A DNA stretch of 64,000 nucleotides, from positions 1 through 64,000 of the forward strand of contig JADIIX010000111.1 of assembly GCA_027604505.1 (NCBI GenBank). Reading direction: 5' to 3'. A program made the position numbers and the translations under genes. The notes beneath the pieces are model-generated. The model searched no databases. It saw only the letters and a list, made by a program, of their open reading frames with translations, and was not told the DNA's origin. Positions 1 to 13,619 of this stretch are shown piece after piece. Source of the stretch: Gonapodya sp. JEL0774. Taxonomy: Eukaryota. Positions within the stretch are counted from its first letter, which is position 1. Every line of letters begins with the position of its first letter.

Positions 1-1472
1 GGCCCCATGGCGTTTCACCTCGGCCCACGGGCTCGAGGGGGATCCTAACCCTAAGTGAAGTTCTGGGGTGCTTGTGTCTGGGTGCTGAGAAGATCGAGGA
101 ATGCGGGATCGGATGACTGTTTGTGGTCGCGAACGCCAGGCAGGGACCCTGTGGGATGCGTCCCGCCGGAGAGTGGTACGGTCCCTGGCGTGACCTGCCG
201 CTTCTTCATTCGATGCCGTGCCTTGGTTTTTTTTGGTGTCTGGGTGTGACTCCCCACGGTGCCTCGCACCGACAACCCTGCCGGTCTTCTTTCACGCCCT
301 CGTTTCAGACCGGTTGTCTGTGAAATCTCATCCGATGGCATGGCAGATGCGTCTGCCGGTTGTGTCGCGGACAGGTCGGTAACAGACGCACAAAAAGAGA
401 AATGCTCGGGGCTGCAGCCGCCGGTCATTTGACTGAGTTCGGACGTGGGTTTGCGGTAGTATAGGGGGCTCAGGTCCACGGCTCAACGAGGTTGGCGGAA
501 GAGGCTTGACAATGTTCCCTCCATTGGGGGGAATCAAGCGACTAGAAACTCAGGGGTCTCGCAGAGCACGGTCACCTCTCAGAGGAATGCGAGATACAGC
601 CATCGCGGGCAGCGATGAACGGTGGAAAGGGACGTCTCAAAAGAATCACGGTACGCAAGCGTCCACCGGGAGGACTCCAACGTCCCACGTGCACGACCCA
701 CCGCCCCTTTCTTGCACACGACCTGAGCTCTTGTTCTTTACTCGCGGTTCCGCCTTTTCGCACCCCGCTCCGAACGTTTGGTGTGGTTGTTCCGTGCATG
801 CGGACACGTGCACCCGTTTAAGGGTTCGTCCCTGCTTGGTGGCGGGGGTTGGTGGTGGGTGGGCGTGGAGTCGAGGCTGGGGACATGAGGCGAGTGAATT
901 GGAAAGGTGGTTCAAGACGCCGATATGAGAGCGTCCAGGTGGGGGGCGTTGCGTCGCCGGGTGTGGTGGGCAAGGTGGTGCGGCGCAAGCTGTATCTGCC
1001 GCTTCGCATGCGTGCGAAGTGCTCGTGCTTGTCGCGAGCGGGGTGGTTTGACCCGTAATTTTTGGAACACGATGTGGGACCGGCGTGAGCTGGCTCTGTC
1101 ATCAGCAAACAATTTTTGATTCAAATTTTAAACGAATGAAAAGTCGAGGAATAGTTTCACCGTTCCGGTGCTCTAACTTTTCTCTTCGGTCACGAGGATT
1201 TGTGTGGAGGTGCCATAACTATAAGCGATATGTATCTGAGCAGACGTCCTGGATCGGATCGGGAAGTCAATAAACCCGCACCATCCCGGACCCGTAAAAG
1301 ACGAGATAATCGTACGATTTCTTGTAATCTGAACCCAATTATCTGTTTCAGCAATGACTCTCTCCTTGCCACCAACTTACAAACGTCTCGTCATCGCCCG
1401 TGCGTCTTCAGTGTTCAGCATCAGGGGTGATGCAAGAATCGCGAGAAGTTTGCTAATCTTCACTCTTCAACA

Positions 1473-3374
1473 ATGAACATACCATTTCGTCCGGGATCAC
1501 TGTGTCACATATCCCTCTTGATTGTGTGAATCATATCGTCCAGGCTTTTCACCGACCTTCCCCAAGGCTGCTGAAGTTCAGGAGCTTCCCACGGCACCCC
1601 TGCTGGATGCGTTGGCCGCCAAACCTGATGCGGTTCTTGTTAAAATGGCTTACACGAGCCCAAGGGCAAGTGACAGGAACGACAGGTATTGTCCAAGCTG
1701 GCCTTTGCTGGGAGTTCTTTTGTGGGAAACAGGTTCCCATATTTCTGTTCACCAAATTTTACTTTTGCCGACACTCTTTCCCCACCAATCAGTAACGGTA
1801 ACTACGGCAAATTTGATGGTTTGTGAGTTTTGGTGGATTAAGTTGTCCGCAACCACCTTGTCCGGCGCATTGATCCCGATCCGCTTCACCAATTCGGCAG
1901 TCCGTTCCCCGCAGGGTATGAAGGTGTGGGTGAAATCCTCGCCGTCGGATCCGGTGTCAAGGATTTCAAAGTCGGAGACGCTGTTGGGCTCCTTCTCTTG
2001 TGGGTGGAGTTTACAGCGCTCATTGAAATTGAATCCTTTCTCAAGTTCATTACGTGTTCCCGCTGGCAGCACCCGCGGAGGTGCTAGCGAGTATCTCGTC
2101 ACAAGTGAAAACGAATGCTACCATATTCCCGTGCGTCGTTGGCTTGTTTTCTATCTCGTTGATCTCGTAGTCTGAACTGAAAATTCACCACATATCAGTC
2201 CGCCTCCCCACCATTCCTCACCTTCTTCAACGCCGGTCTAACCGTCAGTAGTGCCTTTTCTTTATGTGCCGTCATTGCTGTCTGACATCGAATCTATCTG
2301 ATCCCTGAACAGGCCATCCAAGGTCTCTTCCTTCCCACTGGTGGTCACCTCGCCGTTCTTCCAGATTCACCGATGGCGAAATGTGAGACCGCTTGATAAT
2401 TTATCGCTGATCAGTTTCAAACGTTTTCGAAACTCTGTTTTCAGACATCCCCGAAAATATCCCGACCGACCCGGCACAAATCAGACCCCGCACTGTCCTC
2501 ATTACCGCCGCCGCCGGTGGCGTTGGCGTCATGGCGTCGCAGTTTGCTAGGCTTGCTGGTCACAAGGTAGTCGGTGTTGCTGGAGGACCTGTTAAGACGG
2601 AATTTCTTGTGGTACGTGTTTCAATTGTTGGGGGTTGTCAAACTGATAACTTTCTGATGCAGTTCCACCACTTACAGAAAGAGCTCGGTTGTGTGAAAGC
2701 CATCGACTACAAATCGTACCCCAATCCCGCAGCTCTGAAAGGTGCCATCCTTGCTGCAGCTCCTGAGGGGATTGACCTGGTTTGGGATACCATTGGTGGT
2801 GAGACTGCCGTTGCAATGGCTGAGTGTCTCAACAAGGACGGAAAGCAGGTCATCATTGGAAAGATCTCTGGTGTGTGGAGTTACATGCGTCGCTCAAAAA
2901 GTTTCTGGTTTCTTACATGTTTGAATACCGCCTAGAGGGGTACGGATCTGAGGAAGATGCGAAGGCAAAAGAAGCTGCCGACAGTGGTCCAAGGACCGCT
3001 GCCCTCCTTTTCGGGTCAGGGGCGTCTGGCAATGGCCCCAAGACTCCTCGCGAGCGAGTCAGGGAAATCGTAGCAGAACGGGGTGCTTCGATGGGGGGCT
3101 TCCTTATGTCCAATGAGGGTGATGAGGGCCGAAAGAGGTTGACCAGGTTCGCCGCGATTGAGGTCGGTCTGTGGGAATCAAAAGATCTGACGGGTTACGT
3201 TGACGATCGCGAGGGATACGTCGGAGTGAGTGTAGCGTTTGCCAGATTGGATTGCTTTGGATGGAACGTTCACCGGATCACTCCTTGTTTTAGCTGGACA
3301 AATACCCTCTTGCGGTCGAGTACTTGCATGCTGGAAAAAATATGGGCAAGATTGTCGTGAAGGTTCACCAATGA
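1473..3374 (+). CDS. Zinc-independent MDR-family NADPH oxidoreductase (quinone oxidoreductase / prostaglandin reductase-like), multi-exon
   Basis: Exons give PFPAGYEGVGEILAVGSGVKDFKVGDAV (GroES-like domain), VLITAAAGGVGVMASQFARLAGHKVVGVAGG (Rossmann), GIDLVWDTIGG and the C-terminus GKNMGKIVVKVHQ* (TGA 3372-3374). Start codon is approximate. Confidence 0.85.
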
Positions 3375-3582
3375 GTACAATACATAGCATATCTTGAACA
3401 CTGCTAGTTGAATTGAATTGCGTTCCATAAAATTGATAGAATCAACGAGAACAGACGGTGCTCCAACAAATGTGGGGATTACAGTAACATATTTACAAGT
3501 GCGAAAGGCAAAAAATGGTGCGAATGCAATTCTATCCAGTGTCGACGATTCCGTTGTCGAAGGTCATCCCACTCGAAAACGC

Positions 3583-4560
3583 CTATAACGACATCCCGTA
3601 CACGTTCACGATAACATACATCGTCTTCGACTCGTACTTGAATGTAGCAGAACCTGGTACAGTGAAGCTGTGTTTGAGGCGATGTTGATAGCAACGGTAT
3701 CCATCCGCGTGGATTGCCCACCATCAGTAGAATTGTCCCAAAAACATGACGAGGCACAATGAAGACCAGCACCGTTTCTCTGCATGATAAGGCACGTTAC
3801 TGACGTCAGACCAACAAAGAGTGGTTAGCGAAGAACGGGAATCGGAGAGGTTAACCAATTGTAGCATTTCCGTTCTCAGACACGGGAAGATCCTCCTTTG
3901 AAATTATGAACCTAATAGGGCAACCACAAACAAGAGACCCCTAGGCGAGCTGCAGTAATCGAACTGTCCCCGACTTTCCATCTTCCAGTTCAACTGCCCT
4001 CCAAGTGTTCTGTGCATCACTTGAAATCTGTACCGTGGTTCTCACGACCACCTCCGCGAAATCTGCTCAAACAAATTCTGTACTCACCAACATATTTGAA
4101 CGGTTTGTTGAGCCCCGACAGCTTCTTGAGAGCCTGCTCTACGACGTTTGAGTTCCACTGCCCTACTTTTCCGTGGTGGTAAGCCTGGTTTTGGAGGGTG
4201 GATTCCACAGCCTGAGGAGCCGATGGCATAAGATATCAGGAAGGAGAATGCCGGACGAAATGCGATGGTGACGAACACGCTCAAGCAAAACGCCGAATGT
4301 GAGTTCCTGATACGCCGAATTCCCCGGCCGCTCCCAGCGAAAACAAGTCCTCTGATGAGTGCATCAGCTCACCTCCTTCAGTATTGCGGTGACTTCCTCG
4401 ACGACGAAGGCTTTTTGCTGGTAGGATCGTGGAATCAGTCCCCGGCGTCGGATTTATACAAGGAGAGCGGAGAAGATGGGGAGTCAACGCCGAGAAGAGA
4501 GAGTTCGTAGCGGTGGAATATAAAAGCACAAACCTCTTCGAGTCCCTGTGCTTCTTCCAT
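3583..4560 (-). CDS. DYNLT1: Dynein light chain Tctex-type 1, multi-exon
   Basis: Exons MEEAQGLEE / [14 protein letters not shown] / [41 protein letters not shown] / [26 protein letters not shown] / [23 protein letters not shown] match Tctex1 motifs. Confidence 0.93.
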
Positions 4561-4786
4561 CGTGGGAGATTCGGCCACCGAATTTGACAGGGTATGTGTG
4601 TGTACTAGCCAGTCACTCACTCTAAGTCTGGAGCACCAACGAATATTATGATTCTCCACTTTGTTTCATGACACAACAAAGCCGCGCAAAACACAGGCAC
4701 ACTAATCTCTAAAGTGTAATCCCTCTGTTGGCTCTGAAATATCTAGTGGGATACCCCCGGGCCACGCACCACACTTCTCACTGCCG

Positions 4787-5430
4787 TCATCGCTTCTCTT
4801 TCTCAGCATTAATAATTTCGTTTTCCATTTCCGAGTCATCCAGGTCCCCAACTTTAGGTCCGTCTGGTCGGTATCGCTCGGCGGGTGCGTTGCCTCGGAA
4901 GCGTTTCCGCATATCCCACTCGTTACGGTGTCCAATTGCATATATTGCAAATAGAAAATGAGTTGTTGAGACCACAGTAGACACGGTGAAGTAGTCAACA
5001 AGCGAAATGGCGTATCAGTCAAGTTTTCGGCGATTAGTTCGGCAAAGGCAGCGTGTGGCAGGAGCGAGGGGCGCATCAACGTCAAGTTAAAATGCACAAT
5101 TTTACCATAAGTGAGGTGGACATGAAGTCGAATTGTGGAAGAGAGGATAAGGGAGCACATTGATGGAGGAATCAATTCAGCAGTATAAGTGTCCACGAGC
5201 CTCGTCAGCATTGCTTTACATGTGAGCAGAGTATCAGTGACCTCTTGACTCACGAGACCTCTCTTGCAATCGACAAAGCTCCTGTAGAGTCGGAAACAGT
5301 CCTCGGGTACGGATCCATCTCTGCCCTCTCGAAGGCACTCGGTTGGTTTTTTGTGCAATTCCGCAACACAAGGAGACGCAGCAAGGCAGGTAAGTAAATC
5401 AGTTCGAAGGTCTTTGCAGGACGAAGGCAT
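4787..5430 (-). CDS. PET191: Cytochrome c oxidase assembly factor PET191/COA5 (twin-Cys), spliced
   Basis: MPSSCKDLRTDLLTCLAASPCV...PTECLR...PEDCFRLYRSFVDCKRGL followed after an intron by DMRKRFRGN, the PET191 family signature. Confidence 0.88.
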
Positions 5431-5812
5431 GAGAGTGTTGAAGATGACGCGAAAGGTGAGGGATTACAGCAGCAGAGAAGTGACTGGGAATAGCAGGATC
5501 GTAAGTCGCTTCTTTCGAGCGATTCGCGCAGCAAAAGCGGAAGGCAATCGCGGGACTCGATAAGGTTTGGGAGGATGTAATTGAGATGCAACGGCGGTTG
5601 AGCAATTGCATACCAGACTTCAAAACAGAGCGTAACACCAATGAATCTTTTAACTGCTGCTCTTTCAGATGTAATGAGCTTGGACTCGGTATCTACAAAT
5701 ATAATAATTAAATTTCTCCTGAACTTGTCGTGCTGGATTGATCCTGTGAGGCTGTCCCACAATTCGAACAACTCTGGGTTGGTAACGCAAGCCTCTGTGT
5801 AATTGGCCAGCG

Positions 5813-7589
5813 ATGTCGCGAGGAACTTCTGCCGGTGCGATTTTCATTCGTTTTTCTTCATTTTGAGATGTTCAGAAACGCTGACGCTGCGGGCTTGCTA
5901 TGAATCTGCGAAACACTGCGTCGTTGTTGGTTCCCTGCGATTCATTCATTCATGCACTCTCTGCGGCGAACAACTCGAATTACAATGAAAAGGCTACGAC
6001 CGTCACATTACCATCTTTTCTCCTGAAGGCAGAATATACCAAATCGGTGGGTGTTTTGAACTCCCGATTTCAGACAACACCACTCGTTTGACTTGCGGTC
6101 AACGAATCTCCAAGAGTATGCCTTCAAGGCTATCTCCAACCAGGGAATCACGTCTGTCGGTGTCAGGGGCGATGACAGCGTTGTAGTAGTCACCCAGAAG
6201 AAGGTCCCGGTGAGTGGTGATGTCTTCCTCAACGGTTCTGGAAGAGTTGCGCAGACTTCTTGGACACACACTGAGTGGCACTCTGTTTCGTCATTCAAAT
6301 CCAATGAATTTGTATCACTTTTGTACCGGCCTAAATATGAACAATCGCACCTATTTCTCGTGCTGGCATAATGGAACTTCATGAAACCAACCCTCAATTA
6401 CTCCAAATTGTTTTCAGGACAAACTTCTCGACCCCTCCACCGTCACCTCCGTTTACCAGCTGACCCCTAATCTTGGATGTGTTATGACCGGAATGATTGG
6501 TGAGTTGAAAGCATCCAAGATACAGATGCTATGCTAGAGACGGGACTAAAACAACTCTGAAGTGGACATTGGATGCTGCATATCGCCGCTCTGAAATGAT
6601 TACTGGACGCTGCAAGAGCTCTTGCCAATTCTCCCGAGTACTCTCGCGTGCGACTGGAAGTGACTTTCGCCGTGAGCTGCATTGTGGGGAGACCACGCTC
6701 CCACATTGGCACGCTGCGCCTGCTACCTTTTCTTCTTCAGCGTTCTCGATTTTATCTCTATACGTTGTCTTTCCCGTCCTAATCGTCGTTGTTCCCACTC
6801 CAGCTGATGCCCGAGCTCAAGTTGCCCGTGCTCGCGCCGAGGCTGCCGAGTTCCGGTACAAATACGGCTACGAAATCCCTTGCGACGCACTCGCTAAGCG
6901 AGTAGCAAATATTAACCAGGTGTACACGCAGCAAGCAGCCATGAGACCATTGGGCGTGTGTGAGTATGTGTGGGGATGTGGGCGGGCATTCTGGTGGGGC
7001 TTTCTGGACCTGTGCGAACGAAACTCTGTTGAAACAGGAGGATAGGAGACCTTTTGCAGTGTCCCTGTGCCTCAACCTTTTCTCTTTGCTAAACGGCAAT
7101 CAATCACCCGGACGGTTCAACGCGCCAACTATAACTAATATAACTTCGCTGCAGCCATGATCCTCATCGGCTACGACGACGAGCGTGGTCCCCAACTGTT
7201 CAAGTCCGATCCCGCCGGGTACTACGTCGGGTACCGTGCGACAGCAGCTGGCCAGAAGCAGCAGGAGGCGCTCAACTACCTCGAGAAAAAGCTCAAGAAG
7301 GCTGGCCAGATGAAAGAAGAAGATACTGTGGAGGTGGGTGATTGAAAGTGTGTGGGAGGATCGGGTGATGCGATGTTCCTCCTCGGAACCCACTGCAAAC
7401 ACCAATTCTGATCCTACGCTCCCGCGTCCCGCGCAGCTTGCCATCACAACTCTCTCTTCTATTCTATCTATCGATTTTAAAGCCGCCGAGCTTGAGGTCG
7501 GCATCGCCACCAAAGAACGGCCGCAGTTCCGTCAGTTGTCCAACGAGGAGATTGAGGTGCACCTGCAGCGGATCACGGAGAAGGACTGA
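5813..7589 (+). CDS. SCL1: 20S proteasome subunit alpha type-6 (alpha1), multi-exon
   Basis: [32 protein letters not shown]...TQKKVP/DKLLDP.../[52 protein letters not shown]...[15 protein letters not shown]; ends HLQRITEKD*. Confidence 0.96.
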
Positions 7590-7840
7590 AAGGTCGTGGG
7601 TAGGCAAGGTTGCACGATATGGACAGGAAAATGTGTATGATATCGAAATAAATAGAAACAGTCCAAAGTTCATTCAGCATTCTCAGACAGAACATCGCGT
7701 GGGCCAGGAACACCAAGGGCAACCTACCTTGGGGAAGCACCAGTTCAGCCGGACTGTGAATGAGTGGTACGACAACAGTAACCGTGAAGTGGGCACCAAA
7801 AAGTGGATGTCAAGACCATATATATCTGTCGCTACATAAA

Positions 7841-10104
7841 CTAGTTGATGAAACATGGTTGTACTAAGTAAGTCGATCGGAAGATCATATTTTCGAGGCT
7901 TTTGAACCAGCTCCTGGCGCTTTTGCCTGGCGGAGCTCTGCAATTCGCCTGGGCATGTTCGCTTCCGGTGTGCCATCAAAGTACCTGCCATGACACCAAC
8001 CAACGTTATGCACTGAGCACCAAACCTCTTCGCATACATACACAAATTTACGTACTTGACAAGGTCCGACTTGCCCCGGCCCAGCTGGTTTTTCGCCTCG
8101 AGCGCGAACTTCGTAGCCCTCAACATCATGTTGGACTCGATCAGAATAACCTGTTCACCGTCGCCAATACGCTGAGGCTTCGTGGTATCCATCAACGAAG
8201 CAGCTTCAATGGAGGCCCGATCTTGGCCGTGTGGGGTTACTGTTCCGCATTTTGAGGGAGTGGGGAGGTGACCTTGGGCCCGAAACACAACAATTGAGGG
8301 AATAAACTCACGGTTTGGAACAAGAAGAATCCCTCCCTTGAGTGGAGATTCGGGACCTTTCACATTGATGGCGATCTCCGTCATACAATTCCTATCAGGC
8401 CACAAGCTCCGAGTCGAGCGCTGACATACTGGTGTGTCAATAACAAGCGGCAGCTCACCTGTGATAGTAGGGGACCCATATACTCCATTGGTGGGCCATC
8501 CACCTGGGCGGATTCACCGCGCAGAAATCCACGACACTTGTACCTGGAACTTGGCTGCGGACTTGGAGCACACAGGTTGCGCTCGGATCGACGTGGTCCC
8601 AGGTCACGCTCCCTATGGCTGCAAAGCGCTAGGTAGAAACGGACCGGAGGCGTGAGCTTGACGAGAGAGAATCGGGATCGCAAGACGTGAGGGCTCACGT
8701 TGAGGTCGTATTTGCAAGGCGCGTAATTGCCATGCCACGCCACCACTAAGGAAAGAGTGTGTGAATCTATGACGGCAGCCCGCGTGCATATCACACAGTA
8801 GTCGATTGCTCTCACCATCAAATGGAGAGTGGTCCTTAAGGCGCACAATATTGAACAGCGGAGGTCAGAGTCCTGGCTACCTCTGCCCAAAAAGTGGTGG
8901 GGTACTCACCATTTCGGCTTGCCACAACTCTCCATCGTATTTTGATACTAGACTGTACTGCACGTCCTTGTCTTCGAACGCCGCGACAGGGTACATAAAG
9001 TCTCGAGCACTCGCGAGATGATTTGCACCTTTCCATGACACGAGAAATGGGTGAAATAGACAGTTCAGCAAGATAAGCGCTTAAGGACGCTTACCGATGG
9101 GGCCTCTGTCGGGCAGCTCGAAGTGCCCCGACCAACACTCTGTAATGTATCCACGGGAAGGACCGTTCACCTGGACCCGAAACTTAATCCCACGTGGGAT
9201 TACACAGATTTCATTCGGCTATGTTTAATCGAGGTGACAGGGCAACAGCCGCGTGTTCACATTGCATGCCGGTCTAAGCGATAAACCACAGAATGTACAC
9301 ACCCCAACTGACATCCATCCCATCTCAGTTTGAATTGTAAGTATGCCGAGCTCTGGTGCAATGAGCATGTCACCGTCTGCGTTCATGAACGCTTTGTTGG
9401 CCATGCTCTTGTTGCAGAGGTAGATATGAACAGCAAGACCACTCCTAGTGCTTGGGGCTCCAGCGCCAAACATGGTACGAACGCCATCGACAAAGTCCTG
9501 TGACAAGTAGCAAAGTAGTATGGTAGAGCTGAATCCATTTATCAACGAGCACAAAATGCGCGTCGTTGATACCCACAGTAGATTCCGTGGGGAGAGCCAA
9601 GGTCGCCCACAGTGTCACATTTGGTACTCCACGAGCCGCTGTCGGAGTGAAGTCAGATGTAAAAAGTGGGTTGCTGGTGTAGGGCGACTGAGAGCTTTGG
9701 GTTGTTGAAGCGCGTATACGGTAAAGCCACCTGATTCACAAAGAGCTCGTGGTGTGGGACTTTCAAAGGACCATTTCTCGGCAGATCATCGATGTGAACT
9801 TACACTCTCTGGTTTTCTTTTCGAGGCGCCGTGAAACTTGTACCCGAAATGGATTCTGAATACAGGTTGTACGGCGCGGATTGGGGTTGGTTAACGGCGA
9901 TTGGAAGCGCTCCCGGAAGAGCCTCGGTGGAAAAATCGTTTCCGTAGCCTAGGTTGTACCTTTTCCAGGCGCGCGGAATCTTATTTTGGCCCTGAAATAC
10001 GGGGATCCTGATGAATTCACCTAAACTCACTTGAATGAATCGTGGGGATTGGAAGGAACGGATGGGTGGACGGGTTTTGTGGTAGCGTGGGGAAGAAACG
10101 CCAT
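7841..10104 (-). CDS. Homogentisate 1,2-dioxygenase family protein (divergent), multi-exon
   Basis: [16 protein letters not shown]...[106 protein letters not shown]. The 3' end is approximate. Confidence 0.9.
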
Positions 10105-11093
10105 ATTGCCTTCCTATTAAATGATGAGTTGGAGTTCACCGTCCGCGGATTATAAGCAAGAAGTCAATTTGATTTGATAATTTTCGGCTGTTTGCCTGCC
10201 GACCAGTCGTGACCTCCTCCCCCTTTCCTCATGTATCTTCTGTTTGTTCTCATTCAAAATGGGCGTTCGTTTGCCACTGTATGATCAGAAAGAATCCGTG
10301 ATACCGCGAAAATCAACTGCTTCAATAGTGGAATTCATAGCTTGCTTTGATGGACAAGAGTGTTGCTCCGCGGAGCCATCGCAAATGCGAATCAGACATC
10401 GGTCATCATATGCAGTTCAGCCATGCTACTCCTTACCGCCTTAGATATAAAACAACTATTTTCAGTCCGAGTCAACTCGCGCAATCTTCGACCATGATGC
10501 GTCATGTTGTTGAGGCCTCGGTAAGCGTGTACCCCTTCAGGCGAACTGCCTGTCACCCACTACTGAGACTCCTCCCCCATCTCAGCAATCCAAACATTTG
10601 TATGTTAGAGTGAGGAACTGCACCAGATAAAATGTGGTATAACAGGTTGTGTGACACAATGGTGTTTTGCGAACAGCACTTGCGAACTATAAGGCAATAG
10701 GGAGCGATTCATTCCCATCCGAGACTGACCTTATTGATGCTAGGACGGATAATGGATAGTACTGTCGCGAAGAGAACCGTTGGTACAGGCAACCCTCTTC
10801 ATTTGCCAAGATCTGACACTCGATCAATAGGTATCAGGTCGCTTCTTTCCATCATGGGCAAGTTCAACCGCCCACTGTGCCAAATAAAGTCAAACCGCCA
10901 AAGAGACGGAAGCTGCTTCGCTTAGTGCGGGTCATCTGAACAGATGCTCAACCACCATAATTGTATTGACATTATGATCAACTGCCCAGTTACGAGAAAT
11001 CCAAAACGAAGTAAGATTCTTATGCCTCTGAAGGCAAACAGTTCAAGAAATGAACTCATTAAAAGCTGTACTAGTCCGATAGACAGGGAGTGG

Positions 11094-13058
11094 TTACTCA
11101 CCACTATCATATACCGGATATTCGAGGCCGTATCAGCGTCCATGACCCGCGGAACCACTAATTGAGTATTATATCTAACGAAACGCTCATTCGTTCCACC
11201 ACTCACCGAACATAATTTCCTGGGAAGCTTCCAGTCCTGCCTCCTATCCGCCCCGTCCACCAATCATTCACGTCGGAAGTCCTCTCTACAATTTCGATCT
11301 CGTCGTCCTTTTGAAAACTCAGGTCGCCCGGCTGCTGCGCTTCAAAGTCGTACAGTGCGATCACAAACGATTTAGACACGCCACGACCAGGAGGTAAAGG
11401 AGGTGCCGCCGCCATTGGTGCGATTCCCGGCGCGGGGAACAGTTTGGCGGAAGAATAAGGTTGAGCCGGCGCACCTCCCATCCCAGTATCCACCGAAGCA
11501 CTGTTTGTGCGGGAATAAGAGGGTACAGCGGCAGAGGTTATGGAGTTGTTCCTGCTCAAGCTCGCTGGAGGGGGGCCACCATATCCTCCTGAAGCGGGCG
11601 ACACTGGATCATCGTCATCGTCGTCTCCGTGTCCCACATGCTCGTCCTTGACAAGTCTCCACTGTCCCTTGAGCACCGTGAGTGTCTCAATGACTTGGTC
11701 TACATAGGGCTTTCGGGCCTGGTACCCCCCGATGGGTGTAGAAGATTGGTCGACACTTTGAGCCAAATGTTCGAATACGTCGGCGAGTGTGCGGTACACT
11801 TTTATCTGCACGGCGTAGAGGGTCTGAAAACAAGGGTCCACGAAGCCAACGCGGAGCTCCAAAAAGATGGGAAGCTCGGTCTTGAGCAGCTCTGTAATCC
11901 GGGAACACTCGTCCGACGCCTGCTGGAAATCCTGCTGAGCACCAACGAGTCTCTTTTCGTCCGCCGGCGTGCGGTCGCGTTTCTCCTGGAGTTTGCGAAC
12001 GATTTCTCTGTTGCGGTCGTAGTCGAGGAGTTTGTGGCCACGTTTTTTGATGTACTTTTTGACAGAGTCAGTGAGTTCGAGGAATTCTTTACACGGTTGA
12101 ATGACACGGCGGTCGATTAGTTCCTGCGGGTAAACGTCACACGGGGAGTCATGAGCCCTTCAATCGTCAACACACTAGAACATCTGCAATGGTGCCAAGC
12201 TAAGGAGACGAAACACATGACGAGAGTAGTGGAGGTTGCCTTTGACAGTGGATGGGCGAGCTCGTCTGCTCCTGCTGTACCATGGCTCATCACCGCGTTA
12301 CAACCCGCACTTCCAATCATCTAGCGTTTCTGCTAATCCTTCGTAAACCCAAAATTTTCTCAACCGCTAACTTACGAGGTCCGGCATAAGCTCTTCTTTG
12401 GCTCTCTTCATCCCCTCTGCGAAATCTGCGACCAACCTGAGCGACTGCTCCGGTGTAGGCCCAACTTCACGGGGACCCCCTCCACGACGTGAAATTGTGA
12501 TGTTGGAATCCGCACCAGACCCTGGGCCGGGCGTGTAACCAGTAATTGGTTGATAAACCTGCGATTTCGGAGTAAATGGGTGAGAAGAAATATCTGAACA
12601 TCGCCAGGCGTGGAAACACGTCATTCGAAACGCGATTCCATGATAATCATCCCGAATTTCTTCAGGCGATCAACTAAATTCGTCAGTGAGATCGCTATGA
12701 TGCCTATTGAGTATTATCGACTGATAGTTCACCAATGATCCAAAACGTATCCCATTGTCCCTCTACCCACGGAACTCGATGACAAAATAATCCCTCTGGC
12801 TCCGGTCACGATAGAAAAGAATCCACTCACCTCATGTAGAAGCTCCGCCATCTTCTCTTGACTCTGCAGACTCCCCGCGAGCGCATCCTTGAACTGCTTC
12901 GCGAACACATGCAACCGTGAAGCAGCAGCTTCAATCTCCTTGAATCGTTCCTCGAGAGCGCCATACTCCGGGTCCGTGGTGACCTGTGCCGTTCCAGACC
13001 GCGTCGAAAGCTGTTGGGGGAATCTGGCAACTGCTTTCTGAACTCCTTTCATCGACAT
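11094..13058 (-). CDS. RVS167: Amphiphysin-like BAR + SH3 protein (Rvs167/Hob1 family)
   Basis: N-terminus MSMKGVQKAVARFPQQL...TTDPEY, BAR helices including RVGFVDPCFQ, Pro/Gly/Ala linker, and SH3 VIALYDFEAQQPGDLSFQKDDEIEIVERTSDVNDWWTGRIGGRTGSFPGNYV. Last exon is approximate. Confidence 0.88.
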
Positions 13059-13619
13059 AAGTTCCGGCTGTTTCCTTGTGTTAGTTCTCTAGTACGGTAC
13101 TGCGCCGGCGATTAGATCACAGGAAGCGTGGTTTGTTGCCCCGTACTCGCTCTTTACAATGTAAAGGAAGAGGAGGAGAGTTTCAATTGCTGTTTCCAAC
13201 ACGGCTGATCGTTTGCTGAGTTCTTCACATCAGCTATTTTCTTGCATTCACATCGATTGTTCATCTGCCGATTCCGCGTTTAGCATGGTATAATTTGATA
13301 ATGACACGGTTATGTTCATTCCATCACGAGTCCGCATTCCAGGTTGAGATACGGAACAATAATGAATGACACCCCGTCTGTTATTGTTATGCTGGACAAT
13401 ATACACGCAAGTTCGTTGTGAGCAAGCGGCGATACATAGCGCCTGGGACTACGTGCAGTTTTTTGCCGCAAGTTTTCTGATAGTCAATGAGGAAATTTTA
13501 CCCGCCACATCAACGGCTGAACATCACGGGTCTGCCCGAAAACCTGCCCCCCACATCGTAAGTACACGTTGCTTTTTATAACGCTCTGTCCTTTGATTCG
13601 GACAAGAGAACGCTCCACA

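Noticed and set aside
44..54. CCTAACCCTAA telomere-like motif
   Set aside because: Fewer than two full units and no array, so chance is sufficient.
1..1120. Possible 5' part of a minus-strand gene running off the window
   Set aside because: GC-rich with open frames, but I found no recognisable domain or consistent splice model.
8381..8460. Apparent His-to-Asp change of the first HGD iron ligand (ORF track reads WPDRNCMTE)
   Set aside because: WPD is intron sequence. The upstream exon ends PYYH-AG|GTGAG and splices to G-AAT, restoring YYHRNCMTE.
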